DNA of 61,575 bases, counting the filler, from Nemertoderma westbladi (lineage: Eukaryota; Animalia; Xenacoelomorpha): NCBI GenBank assembly GCA_032718475.1. It is 3 parts of 3 records of this genome, joined end to end, with 100 filler letters (N's around TTAATTAATTAA, not from the genome) between each part and the next. Parts side by side here need not be neighbours in the genome. Positions count along the whole stretch, not along the records: positions 1 to 17,301 come from JAUCBJ010002776.1; positions 17,402 to 45,849 come from JAUCBJ010007450.1; 1 more part is not named here. One strand, written 5' to 3'. The position numbers were made by a program, and so were the translations under genes. Under the pieces are notes generated by a model. The model saw nothing but the letters and a program-made list of their open reading frames with translations. It did not search any database and was not told where the DNA came from. How positions within the stretch are numbered: the stretch's first letter is position 1; each line of letters starts with the position of its first letter. Shown one piece after another: positions 12,350 to 23,858 of the stretch.

Positions 12350-13600
12350 CTAGCTGGGACAAGGGTGGGGTCGAAGTACACGTGAGTATACATGGTAGCG
12401 GTCCTCGCAGGAGAGCGCACAGAAACTACACACACACTGTGGCGATCGTGTGTGGAAGGGCTGGCGGTTGCAACACAACTTGTGGTGGAAACCATGGGCC
12501 GTTGTGCGCATGACTAACGAACGGTATTTCTGACCGGGTGCCTTCCATGTAGAGCTAGTGAATCCTGGTCCGTTACTGAAGCCCTCCGCAATAAAGTTAT
12601 CCTCCCGTTCGCGCCTGAATAATCGGTATTCCAGAACAATGTTTGGTTTAAATATCTGTGGAGATTTATTAATAATGTCTTCCACAAAAGTGCGTTCACC
12701 TATGAGCTTTAGCGCAAGTGTGGTTGAGGCTGACGTGTGTAGACCCAAAACTCTCTTGACAAATAACCCCTTTACTTTATCAATGTCTTTCAAATGGACC
12801 AACTTTAAGTGAGGGCCGATTACGGTGAAACAATAGGTGATCATGGGTGCGATTTTCATTGTGAAAATGACAATTGCAGTTTCGATGGATAACAGATGCA
12901 GATGACGAAATGAACCGATAACACCATACGCTTTCTTCTTTTTGTTCTGTATTTTGTTTTGTGAAACACAGCGACGACTGAAGAATCACACCCAGATACT
13001 CGTATTCGTTTGCCATAATGAGTTTGGAGTCCCCATATGTAAAATAATCACTTGCAGATAATCTCCCGCCCCTTCGGAATTTAACAATTTTGGTTTTCAC
13101 TAAATTTAATTCCATCCCATTTTCTTTGCACCACTTATTTAATATGTTTAACCCAGTTTGTATATCATTCTTTTTGTTCGAGTAGAATACCTGGGGCGAT
13201 GAGCAATTGCCTCTGTTAAGCCTCTGTTAATGTTCTCTGTTTAAGTTAACAGAAGACATTAACAGAGAACCAATTACTCATCGCCCCAGGTCATCAGCGT
13301 AAAATAGGAACTTTAGTGCAGCAATTGCATTGTGTAATGCAGTAGCGAGATCAGCTATAAAAACGATGAAGCATGTTGGTGAGAACGAATCGCCCTGGAG
13401 AACCCCACGCAGTTGTATAATAATATTCGTTAGTTTTACACCGTCGAAAATTCGGATTCGGTTGTTAAGCAGGTCCTTAATAAGATCAAACAATTTCCCC
13501 CTAATACCCTGTGAATGTAGCTTCTGTAGAAGTTTAATGCGGCTTACCATGTCAAAAGCCTTTCTGAAATCTATGAAGGCTGCATATGTACTGCGTTCTC
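12350..13600 (-). pseudogene. 5'-truncated, frameshifted LINE reverse transcriptase (L2/CR1/Jockey-group-like) with Cys/His-rich C-terminus
   Basis: FIDFRKAFD, GVLQGDSFSP, FYADD, LNLVKTK, YEYLGV and C-terminal CSFC..C..H spread across ORFs 13278-13550, 12780-13115 and 12350-12859. Confidence 0.9.
13194..13286. mobile_element. 93-bp PIF/Harbinger-like mini-MITE inserted immediately after the YADD codons
   Basis: TIR GGGCGATGAG(C/T)AATTG, flanked by CTG/CAG. Removing it restores YADDLVFYSNKKNDIQTGLN. Confidence 0.8.
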
Positions 13601-13739
13601 ATTAAATTATTGCAGCGATCAGATTAGGTAGATAGTTCGACGATATTTGTGTTTACTGATGATGGTGACAGATCAATTCGAAGTTTTATCCACGGTGTCA
13701 CGCTTGCACTATTCTTATTTATAATATTTTGTCCTAAGC

Positions 13740-14160
13740 ATGTACTTAGATAATCATTTTGATGATGGGGTGATAGTAACACCACCTCCTGGCTTCAGAA
13801 ATCGAGGAAATCCTGCCAAGTACCTAACTGATCTAGACTTTGCTGATGTCTTAGGATTGAGCGTGGGCCGTACTCTCAGAATCACTAGAGGGAGCCCAAT
13901 GGCTAATCAGCTCATTAGAACAGACTGCTTCTAGTGTTGGTCTTTTTGTTAAACTCAAAAAGGACAACAATTTTGACAGTTAACTTTGAAAGTCCTCAGC
14001 AAATATCTGATCGGATGAGCATAAGCTGAAGTATGTTTTGCTTGAGAATGTGAATGACTTCCGTTAACTGGGATCATGGGTTCCGGAAGTGACATATAAT
14101 AGGCTGTCCAGAATTTGGAAGTCAAATAGAAAACGTCGGAAACTGTCAAGGCGCGCATGG
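13740..14160 (+). pseudogene. Decayed RTE-clade LINE RT fragment
   Basis: YLTDLDFAD and YNRLSRIWKSNR, similar to NRLSKIWKSPR of the element at 59410-60001. Confidence 0.65.
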
Positions 14161-14317
14161 CAATCTCAATATGAGCTTCAGTACAGCCGCCCGATTATAG
14201 TATATGAAGTCAGACCCAGCAACATAACCAAACCTCCCCCCACCCCCATCACCGCCCCGCCACTGACCAACCAACATAGACCCCCCCCCCTCTCGCGGCC
14301 ACGCCCCGACCTGAACA

Positions 14318-14440
14318 GACGTTCGAGGAGGTTGTTTGGCTGTCCAGCACGTCTATTTCGAACAGCAGACTGCCATAGAACAAGGTTGTGTACATGATGA
14401 TCCTACCGGAGAAAACATTCCAGAATGCATCAGACGTCGG
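14318..14440 (-). pseudogene. Decayed RTE-clade C-terminal fragment in the opposite orientation
   Basis: An alternative minus frame gives DHHVHNLVLWQSAVRNRRAGQPNNLLER, matching DQPVHNLVLWQPHGVNKHGGQPMTFLRR at 59448-59945. Confidence 0.65.
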
Positions 14441-16381
14441 CTCTACAGGGTGAAGTTGGGTCTTGGCAATGAAGCGATCCTTACTAAATTTTGCCTTAGA
14501 ATATTTTCCATACAAAAACTGATACACAATGGCATTGGCTTTGTAACTTTCAACTTTTGAATTTTATATGAAATATTATAATATAGTGTTTTCAAAAAAT
14601 AGAATTGAATCAATGTGTAGGAAATGAATGTGTGTCATAATATTTACTACTGTCCACTAAAGGGCGGATTACAAGTGGCAACTTTAAGCAACAACTTTAT
14701 TAACAACTTTGCGAGCAACTCAGGCAGCCGTTCAAGATTCACGTGTAAACACGAAGTTGCTGTAGAAAAAATAACGGCCACATTTACATCGCGAACAAGT
14801 TAAGTTGTTCAAAAATAAGTTGCTAGTTGCTAAACAATTTGCCGAAAAATTTACCACTGTTACACAGCCTATTGTTACGGCTTTTTTTTTCCAGTAGCAA
14901 GGTCACGATCTTCCATGCTTCCAGTAAAACTGTGTATTTTCTTAATCTAAGCAAACTAACAGACTATACTGTAGTTCCCTCTTTTGGGGAAGGGATAGAG
15001 GCCCCATGTCCTAAATAGCTATGTAGGTACCGCGATGATATATTTTATCTTTTGTATATTGGATCTAATTGGTACCGAATTCTATACCCACGTCCACTTA
15101 TAAGGCGCTCCACACCTCTAAGCATTGTAGCAGCTGCATTGAGTATTACAGTGTGCCAAACCCAGAAAGTATTAAAGGGCCCAACTGGTGAAGTTTCAGT
15201 CATATATATTATTGGTGTTTTGGCGTCAATGAGTGGTTTGTTTCATATCTATAAAGACAGCAAAGTACAGTACGTAGTAGGATTGAGCAGAGTGGCATAA
15301 TATTATGGTATTGATAACAGAAACAGATGGGAGGCCATGAGGACGTAAATTGCGGACACTGTAAGATATCAGGTGGTATTTCCTATTTCCAGAGCCGTTT
15401 TTACCTGAGCCGCGGCGAGCTGAAAGGTTGGTTAGAGCGTCAGAATTCAAACCTTCGGAGTTAACCTAATCGATCCCACCTTGACGCCATTGCCGACTTT
15501 GCAAAACTGTGCCAAACAGAATATTTAATTATGTTAATAGTATTATTTAGTTTGTCATATTTCTACGTCAGTTAGTCCTAATTGTATTAAACATATCCAG
15601 TAAATATATGTAAACAATTTAATTGCGTTTCTTGCGATAAATAGTTCACACAGAAAGGATATCCAAAGACCCACATTCGATCAGTTCATAAAGGTGTATG
15701 GTATACGGTCATTGCAGTTCTTGTGATAAACAATTTAATGATAAAGAAGTCTAAAGATTAATGGTGTGTTCATTGAGATAAATTATTCACAGATAAAGGA
15801 TTAAAGATAGGCTTCACATCAAATCATTTCATTAACAATGCTGACGTCTAACAGTTAACAATGCTGACGGTCGAATCTGACAACTTATTCCAACTTCGAT
15901 ACCGTTTTAGCAACTGAAACTTCAAAACTGCCGTACAGTAGTCTGTCCGTCTACACACACACCGGTACCAAATATAAATAGTGGAAGGTGTTAACTTAAC
16001 CCTATTTTTGGTATTTTTTTTTTGTTTTTCTTCGAAATTCTGCCGATGTCAGTACCGCGTCCTGCAGTGGATGACACTGATGACAGCTCCGTTCCGTTGG
16101 TTAAATATGATTACGGTCGCTTTTCACCTACTTTGTCTGTCCAAAACTCCTTAATTCTTGCTCTTAACGTGTCCCTCGTTCTCTCTCGACGCGACGCAGT
16201 ATGCACAATCTGCACAGTATCCGAACGATAACTTTACCAATCAGCCAATCACCCCTACCAATTGGGGGTGAAGGGTCTGTACAATCACCTCCGAGTCGTG
16301 ATGGGGACCACGGAGTTCTTTTTGATGGCCACCGATTATTACTACCAGTGCAGTACGTTTCAGAGTCCTATATCTAAGAGA

Positions 16382-16589
16382 CAGGGGGGGGGGGGGGGGA
16401 ACTGGACGCAAATCACATCTTGGCGAATTAATATCCCGCATCAATGTTATATTCTCAATTTAGGGAAAGGATCAGGTTACAGTGACACGTTATTTTAACC
16501 AAAACAATAAACTAAACACAATAGAACAGGTTACAGTTTTATTTTTGAGAATAATCAGCTGTTACTGTATTTGCGTCGAATTTCCCCTG
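16382..16589. mobile_element. Possible small MITE remnant
   Basis: cagggg..aactggacgcaaat is imperfectly mirrored by atttgcgtcgaatttcccctg. Confidence 0.35.
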
Positions 16590-17174
16590 GAGAGGGATTA
16601 AATTTTATTGCGTCCAGGCTGGACGCAAATTTTGTAATTTATAAATGGTAAACTTGATAAAAATTTAATTTCCAGTGTACCTCTAGTGTGATATCCCCAG
16701 TGATATTAATAATTCATAATGTAAAATATATTATATATCCGTTATATCCCGCTACCGACCATTACCATTAACTATATTTTTGTTTATTTAAAACATTTAC
16801 ATTTGATATGCGATATTTAGGAAGCAAATAGTGCAGATAAGGCTGATAATAGTCTAATAGTTGAGATAGATAAACATGACTACAGTACAGTAGTTATAAC
16901 TACAGTACAGTATATGCTAGATCTTGGTTATTACTCGATGCTTGACTCGCCAAATAAATCACAGTTGAGTTAAGTGTGCAATGGGTCTTTGGGCCACTTG
17001 ACTAATATGGTGGCCCATTACTTTACTATCAAGGTCCAGAACTACAGTATAATAATAAATAAAAAATACAATACCCATTTCGACCACTGTCATTCATTTA
17101 TTAAACTATTACAATACTGTTTCAAGTGCTCATTCATGTTAATTGCGTGGTTGAGAACTGAATCGATTTTTAGT

Positions 17175-17300
17175 AATTTCAGTTTCAGTTTCAGTTACAG
17201 TTACAGTATTCAAAATTCGCAATTACAGTTACAGTTATACAGTAGTTACAGTATTAAAAAATAATCAAAATCATTCAGTTACAGTTGCAGTTACAGTATA
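17175..17300. repeat. CAGTTA/CAGTTT hexamer repeats at contig end
   Basis: ttcagtttcagtttcagttacagttacag runs up to the gap. Confidence 0.6.
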
Positions 17301-17301
17301 A

Positions 17302-17401
17302 NNNNNNNNNNNNNNNNNNNNNNNNNNNNNNNNNNNNNNNNNNNNTTAATTAATTAANNNNNNNNNNNNNNNNNNNNNNNNNNNNNNNNNNNNNNNNNNN
17401 N
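17302..17401. other. Assembly gap with artificial six-frame-stop linker
   Basis: N-run containing TTAATTAATTAA. Confidence 0.95.
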
Positions 17402-17781
17402 TAGGAAAATATTATAATTAGAACCATCACCAAAGCACAGTTTAGATGTAATGGAATAAAAAGAAAAAGATAATGTGTATGCAGTGTGCGAGGCGGTGGG
17501 TTGGTAAGGGTTGCAGCAATAGCCAGGCTAGTCGAGGCTGCAACCGACCAAGGGTAAATGTACTGTAGATGTAACTAAGTATTATATATTTGAAAAAAGA
17601 TAAAATAAGAACTGTTATAAACCTTTAATAATTGTTGATCAGGATCACAAGGAAATATAATAATTTAATTAACCATTTTACAATACACTGTAGTGAAGAA
17701 ACAGTCCAGACGCAGTGTATGTGAGAAGGAAATATAATAAGATAGAGCCAGACATATAGGGAGATATTGTGTAATGTATTA

Positions 17782-20608
17782 TTATGACGTTACGTCATGT
17801 CGTTCAAATAGGTATGTTTTAAATTGACGTTTAAATGAAAATTTAGATTTGCTAATAATTAGACTAGAGGGGAGACTGTTCCACAATACTGGCCCAGTGA
17901 CTGATAATCCTTGGTGTGCTACATTGAGACGGGTTAACGGTACTACGAATTTGCCTAAAGTAGATGAACGGGTGTTATATAAATGAATATCAGACAATTT
18001 AGTAAAAAAATTTGAAAGAGGGTGATTATTAGAAGATTTTGATATATCGTACATTAACTGGCCTAATTGTAATTCAAATATAGATTCGATTGGCAAAACA
18101 TTTAGTGATTTGTAAAGTGGCACAGAGTGAGCCCGGTAGTCACTAAATGTTATGCAACGCAAGATTTTATTAACTTTAATTCTTAGTGGACGTGTTATTG
18201 ATTTGCAGGCCGTACCCCAAGCAAGAATTCCATAAGTGATGTAAGGATTAATTAATGTATAATACAGCGTACGTAAAATTTGGCTTGGGAAAAAGTGTCT
18301 TAATTTATAAAAAAGTCCGGAGGATCTAGATATTTTTTTAAGGATGTAATTTATATGCGTTTTCCAGCTCAAATTGTCATCGATAAAGATACCTAAGTAC
18401 TTAGTGCTATTTACCTTAGTAATTTCATTGGCTTTAATTTTAACTTTCGGTAGTCCAAGGCAGTTTTTGTTACTAAAAATAGAGTATTCTGTTTTACTAA
18501 GATTAAGTGATAATGAGTTGTCTATAAGCCAGTCCGAGATTTTTTCCAGTTCAGTGTTTGTGTTGTTAATCAATAATTTTAAGTCTGAATTGAAGCCCAG
18601 TAACGTCGTATCGTCGGCAAATAAAGTAGTCAAAAATTTGGATGCGTCCGGTAAGTCGTTCACATATAAAAGAAACAGCAATGGTGAAAGGACTGAACCC
18701 TGGGGCGTTCCGCAGGTTACCGGAAGAGTGGGTGAGATTACGCCATTTAAGGATACTGATTGTGTACGGTCTGTTAGAAAACTCCTAAGTAAAGTCTGGG
18801 GGGTGCCTCGAATTCCGTAAGATTCTAATTTTTTAAATAAGGTAGAGTGGTTCAGCGTATCAAACGCTTTTTTTAAATCTAGATAAATTGCGCAGATAGA
18901 TTCTTTTGAGTCAAGGTGAAATCTAATTTTTTCTGTAACCGTTAGAATAGCCGAAGCCGTAGAAATCCTCTTTCGAAAACCGAATTGTGATGCAGTCAAA
19001 ATACAGAAACGATCTAAATAAGATTGAAGCTGTGAGTATATAACCTGTTCTAGAATTTTTGTAAAAACTGGCAATAATGATATTGGCCTATAGTTATTAG
19101 AATCTAGTGGATCGCCCCCCTTAAAACATGGGATTATTTTAGATTGTTTAAGAGAAACTGGATAATGACCTGTTGTGATACATAGGTTAAATAAATATGC
19201 TAGATGAGGTGCAATGTGTTCAGCAGCAATTTTTAATAATTTACTGGGAAAGTTGTCATTAGTAGCGCTGTTTTCATTTATTTGTAAAAGTAGGTAGTGA
19301 ATTTCAGCTACAGAAGTTTCAATAAGAGTAAATGAATTCGAGTGTCGATGGTTAATGTGGCGGGTAGGGCATCGGTTAGATCGGGGTATTGTACTGGCAA
19401 GTTTTGGTCCAATAGTTGAAAAATGTTCGTTGAAAATAGATGCTATTTTATGGGGATCAGACGTTATTTTTGCCCCTACTTCTGTTCTGAAAGCAATTTT
19501 GGTAGGGCTTAGGGATTTCTTATTTTTGTGTAATACAGAGTTAATTACAGACCACGTCTTGCGCATATTTCCTTTGTTTTTTAAAAATTCTTGATTATAG
19601 AATGATTTTTCAGCGGCTCTGATTACAGTCGTTAAATTATTACGATATGTTTTATAGGCTTTTTGGGTTTCAGAACACGGTGATTTAATATATTTTTCAT
19701 ATAATTTATTTTTTTTAGAAATTGATTTAATTAGCAAAGGAGTTAGCCATGGTTTGCGTGCAATTTTTCTTTTTGTAATTATTTTTTTAGGTAAGTGTTT
19801 TTGGCATAATTGATCAAAAGAATTGTAAAAAGTGTCGAATTTTTTATCTGTCGGTATATTATGTGATCGGTAAGCTGCGAGAGGTGGTAATGAAAGGTCG
19901 AGCAAAAAACTATTTAAGTTAAATTTGCTATAATCATAGCACATTTTAGTATTGGGTTGTTTGAAAAAAGCAGAATAATTATGAAATAACGCAAATGTTC
20001 CAAGGTGGTCTGTTGTGCCAATTTCTGATAAAAAAACGCCGGCAGTAGTAAAATCATTCGTAATATTAGTAATAATATGGTCAAGCGTTGAATTAGCACC
20101 GTGTACAATTCGAGTGGGTTGTTTTATTAATTGGGAAAATCCGTATGATGAAAGTATCTGTAAGTATCGTGCACTTTCTGAGGTCATTTTGTTTAAGTTA
20201 ACATTGAAGTCACCAGTGAGGACGATATCTATATTTTTATCAGATACTTTCGCCAATGCGGGTTCTAGAATATTAATAAAATTATTGTAATTGACAGACG
20301 GGGGTCTGTATATTACACCTAACACTAAGGACTTATTGTTGGATTTTTTAATTTGGATCCATTTATTATGAATTCCCGACACAGTCAAGTCGTCTCGTTC
20401 CGTAAAGGTTAGCGTATCCTTAATGTAAATTCCCACACCCCAACCGGAACCTGAGGAACGTCCCTCTGGTCTGTCTGATAGTAGCGGTCCTACATAGTTG
20501 TCAAGTTTTAATTTACAGTGATTGTCTTTAGCACCTACTAATGTTTCAGTAAAAGTGATAACATCAAAATCTTCGTCTAATGTACTTAAAAATTTTACTT
20601 TTACCTTT
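17782..20608 (-). mobile_element. CR1/L2-group LINE ORF2 (APE endonuclease + RT), uninterrupted but 5'-truncated within the endonuclease
   Basis: 884-aa ORF whose frame stays open upstream to ~20608 (FDVITFTET..GWGVGIYIK). Motifs: IYRPP, GDFN, TLDH, TDH, NYRPISLL, QFGFR, DLKKAFD, GTPQGSVLSP, FADD, YLGI. AT-rich 3' UTR extends toward the gap. Confidence 0.93.
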
Positions 20609-21879
20609 CACAGCTTAGCCGTGATGATTCATATTACGACATCTAGCAGCTGGTTGCTGACATGGAAACAGCCATTGGCCGCGTGGTTCTTTGTTTGGCT
20701 TGGGCCAATCAGGGCGGTTTTTCCTGTCGACGTGTAGCTTTTCTGCCGATCATAAGGAGAGTGTTCAGTCTTACTGTTTTAGAGTTGTTACTTTGTTGTT
20801 ATTGCTGTCTAAGCCAGAAACACCGGCATTTTTGGATAGATACTGCTGTACCGTAAACTGCTTGAATTATCGAAAGTATAAACTGTTACCTAATCTCACG
20901 AATCGAATATCACCTAACTCATTAATCATATTGTTTGTACTGTTATTTTACCGTCAGTTATTAATTGTAAATATTTGTTGATGGAAATATTGCTATTTGG
21001 ATAATACGGATAAATCACCCAATTCCCAATTTTCTTGATAACACTACAGGTTAGAGAGACCGGCTATACATAACAATTGCGATTTATATTAATGTGGTGT
21101 GTATTGAATCCAATGTTATTTAGCAGACCCTACGTGAGTCAATTACTGCTCTCTTTATGTGTGATCAAATATACTGACTGTCGGCAGAATAGTGTGTATG
21201 ATTGTGATTGGTAACAAAGTATTTCCTAAAGAATACGTTTTATACTTTAATCATAAGCAGTATCGTTGCGTTTAGTATAAGTCTTAGTTCTGTTTAAATA
21301 GATAAAGCGCCACGTCCTAAAGGAACTGTTAATATTTCCCGAAAGCCAATAATATCTGTCAGAGATTAATTATTAACGATCTATCGAATAATACATTAGG
21401 TATACACTGCAACCTTACACTGTAATAATACAATTCAAGCATCCGAATTCAGTCTCCCGGGTGTAGATCCATCGGGTGAATGATCGCGCATGGGCTGACT
21501 TCGGCTAATGTTTTGCGTATTAGCATAAATTATTGTCGTATGCTAAAGTGGTTTTAATTAACGAAAAGACATATAAATTTTGGCAGGTTAAACTGCTAAA
21601 GGTCTTCGAAAGCGCGAACACATATTGATATATATATTACTACTATACATACAATATAGATATTATACACACTACATATTAAATTTCCTGGTTACTTGCA
21701 ATATTTTTAATAGGATTTTGTTGAATTATATAATATTGTAGTAATTTATATATTAAATTGGTTAACATTCAATACAGCTCCTACTTTAGGCTTAGTCAAT
21801 TTATTATCTGACGATACAAATATATAAATTAATTATTTCAAAGTGGTCTTGAGTCTTTCACCACGGGCACTCAGGGAAA

Positions 21880-22016
21880 TGCCGGGGTCTGGGGGCGATA
21901 ACCCCCAATAAAAGAAGCGGGGGTTTGGGGCGGCAGCCCCCAAGAAAAGAAGCGGGGGTTTGGGGGCGGTAGCCCCCAACAAAAGAAGGGGGGGGTTTGG
22001 GGGCGCAGCCCCCAAT
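21880..22016. repeat. ~36-bp GC-rich tandem repeat with GGGGCG(C/G/A)..GCCCC hairpins
   Basis: Four units of gggggtttgggggcg..agcccccaa..aaagaag. Confidence 0.75.
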
Positions 22017-22188
22017 TAAAAGAAATTAAAAGAATTAAAGGAATTAAAAGAAAAACAAACAAAATTTGACTATAAAAATGTTTCTTTTATAATTTTGAAA
22101 TAACTTGTCTAGATACAACTTGTCCTGTAACCATCTTTAACTTTTGTTTATTGCTTTGATGCACCCAGATTAATTTCAACACTTTAAC

Positions 22189-22338
22189 TGGGGGGAAAGC
22201 GTCCGGGGGGCAAGTGTCCGGGGGGAAAGTGTCCGGGGGGGGAAGTGTCCTACTTGGGCGGGGGGAAAGTGTCCGGGGGGAAGTGTCCGGGGGGGAAGTG
22301 TCCGGGGGGGAAGTGTCCGGGGGGGAAGTGTCCTAGAT
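22189..22338. repeat. ~15-bp G-rich tandem repeat (GGGGGAAGTGTCCG), probably a TE subterminal array
   Basis: About 9 units ending in aagtgtcctagatcc. Confidence 0.8.
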
Positions 22339-23858
22339 CCCAAATTATCAACAACACTATTTATGTTAGTCAGCATTCAGCAATTATTTCATTGGGGAGC
22401 GTTTATTCAACCCTGACGTCACCCTTCCTTCCCTTTACTATCAACCCTGCTTAGAATCAGTTATTTTATTATGCCCGAAATTATATTTATCTGAGAAGAG
22501 ATATGCGTTTCAGCCCCCCCCCCCCCTTTTCTCAAATAATTGCTATATTATAATTTACATATTAAAATAAAATAATATATTAAAATTTTCGATTTTTTTT
22601 CAAGAATGTGTTAAAATATACCACTAATTGTTACAAAATTTCAGTGAATTTAATAAAAAAAGGCCGAGAATGACTAATATATGTTGGGGGCCCCACTTTA
22701 ATTTATGAAAAAGAATTATTGTATATTTAGTTATTCGTTATATTCTATTTCTATAGCAGTATGTGTATGGCGTGACACACATATCCATCCACTCATTTCG
22801 TATATTTATTATAAATTAAATTTAATCTATATCGATTGCACGGTGATGTTAACGTAGATCATTCCATGTTCCTATGTAAGAATCCCGTAATTATTATTAT
22901 AATTTGTGAATAATTTTTCCCGTTTATATCGTTTCTATTTGCTTAGAGTACACCACATAATATACAATTATCTAAATTAAATAATTATCCATAAATATGT
23001 TTCACGGTTTGTGTCTCTTTACTTACTACTACCACAATATTATGTACGTTCACAATTCAAAACTTCAAAAGAAAACAGCACAAATAATATACGTTCTAGA
23101 AAAATATTAATAAAATTACTGAAAGTTTATTATATTCCGATTGTCTGTTACGCCACATAATAAAATACTAGGACTGGACTCAATGGAAGCTGAACATAGG
23201 AAAACAATAAATAGTAGGTTGTGGCAGAGATACTAAGTTATGTTTCCCTGAGAAATTAATAATTACTAACTACATATTAGAGGTGTTACATATTATCTTT
23301 ATATTATAAGTGTGTGGTTATTCAAGTATTATTATTAACAGCTCATCATTTAAATACGTTGACAACTTCAATATTAATTACACCCGCAATGCAGCAGAAG
23401 AACGCTAATTAATAATACCTTGTGTTTTTCACCAGTGTTCCTAAATCGTTATTATTATCACCGATTGTGCGGCTAAAAAACTGTTAACTGTATCCAACTC
23501 CCCCCCCCCCCCCCCCCCCCCATACCTACAATAATAATAAACTAGAATGACTCCATATACCTAAAAACCTCTACTGTTAAATAAAAATAAATGATTGAAT
23601 AATTTGGAGCGAATAATATAAATAAACTACTCGCGATTGCCATGATTTATAAGAAAACTTTAATAACATAAAAAAAGCTACTATTTAAAAAATCCATAAA
23701 CCGAAATTATCATTATTGTAAAAAAAAGTTACGAAACAACCGAAGGCAAAAACTGTTTCCCCACTGTAAATAAATAATTACCACACATGTATAATAATAA
23801 TTATTATATCACAAAGATAACATGTTATCTTAGTAAATCAATCTCTATATCTCAGACA

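Noticed and set aside
13650-13695. Possible hammerhead ribozyme (CTGATGA + short stem)
   Set aside because: No properly placed GAAA and no convincing stems I/III
14249-14527. 92-aa ORF as a gene
   Set aside because: A different frame matches the RTE C-terminus, so the listed ORF is incidental
14658-14900. Harbinger-like MITE start (GGGCGGATTACAAGTGGCAAC)
   Set aside because: No matching opposite terminus found
21833-22454. Pro/Gly-rich short ORFs
   Set aside because: Translations of GC-rich tandem repeats
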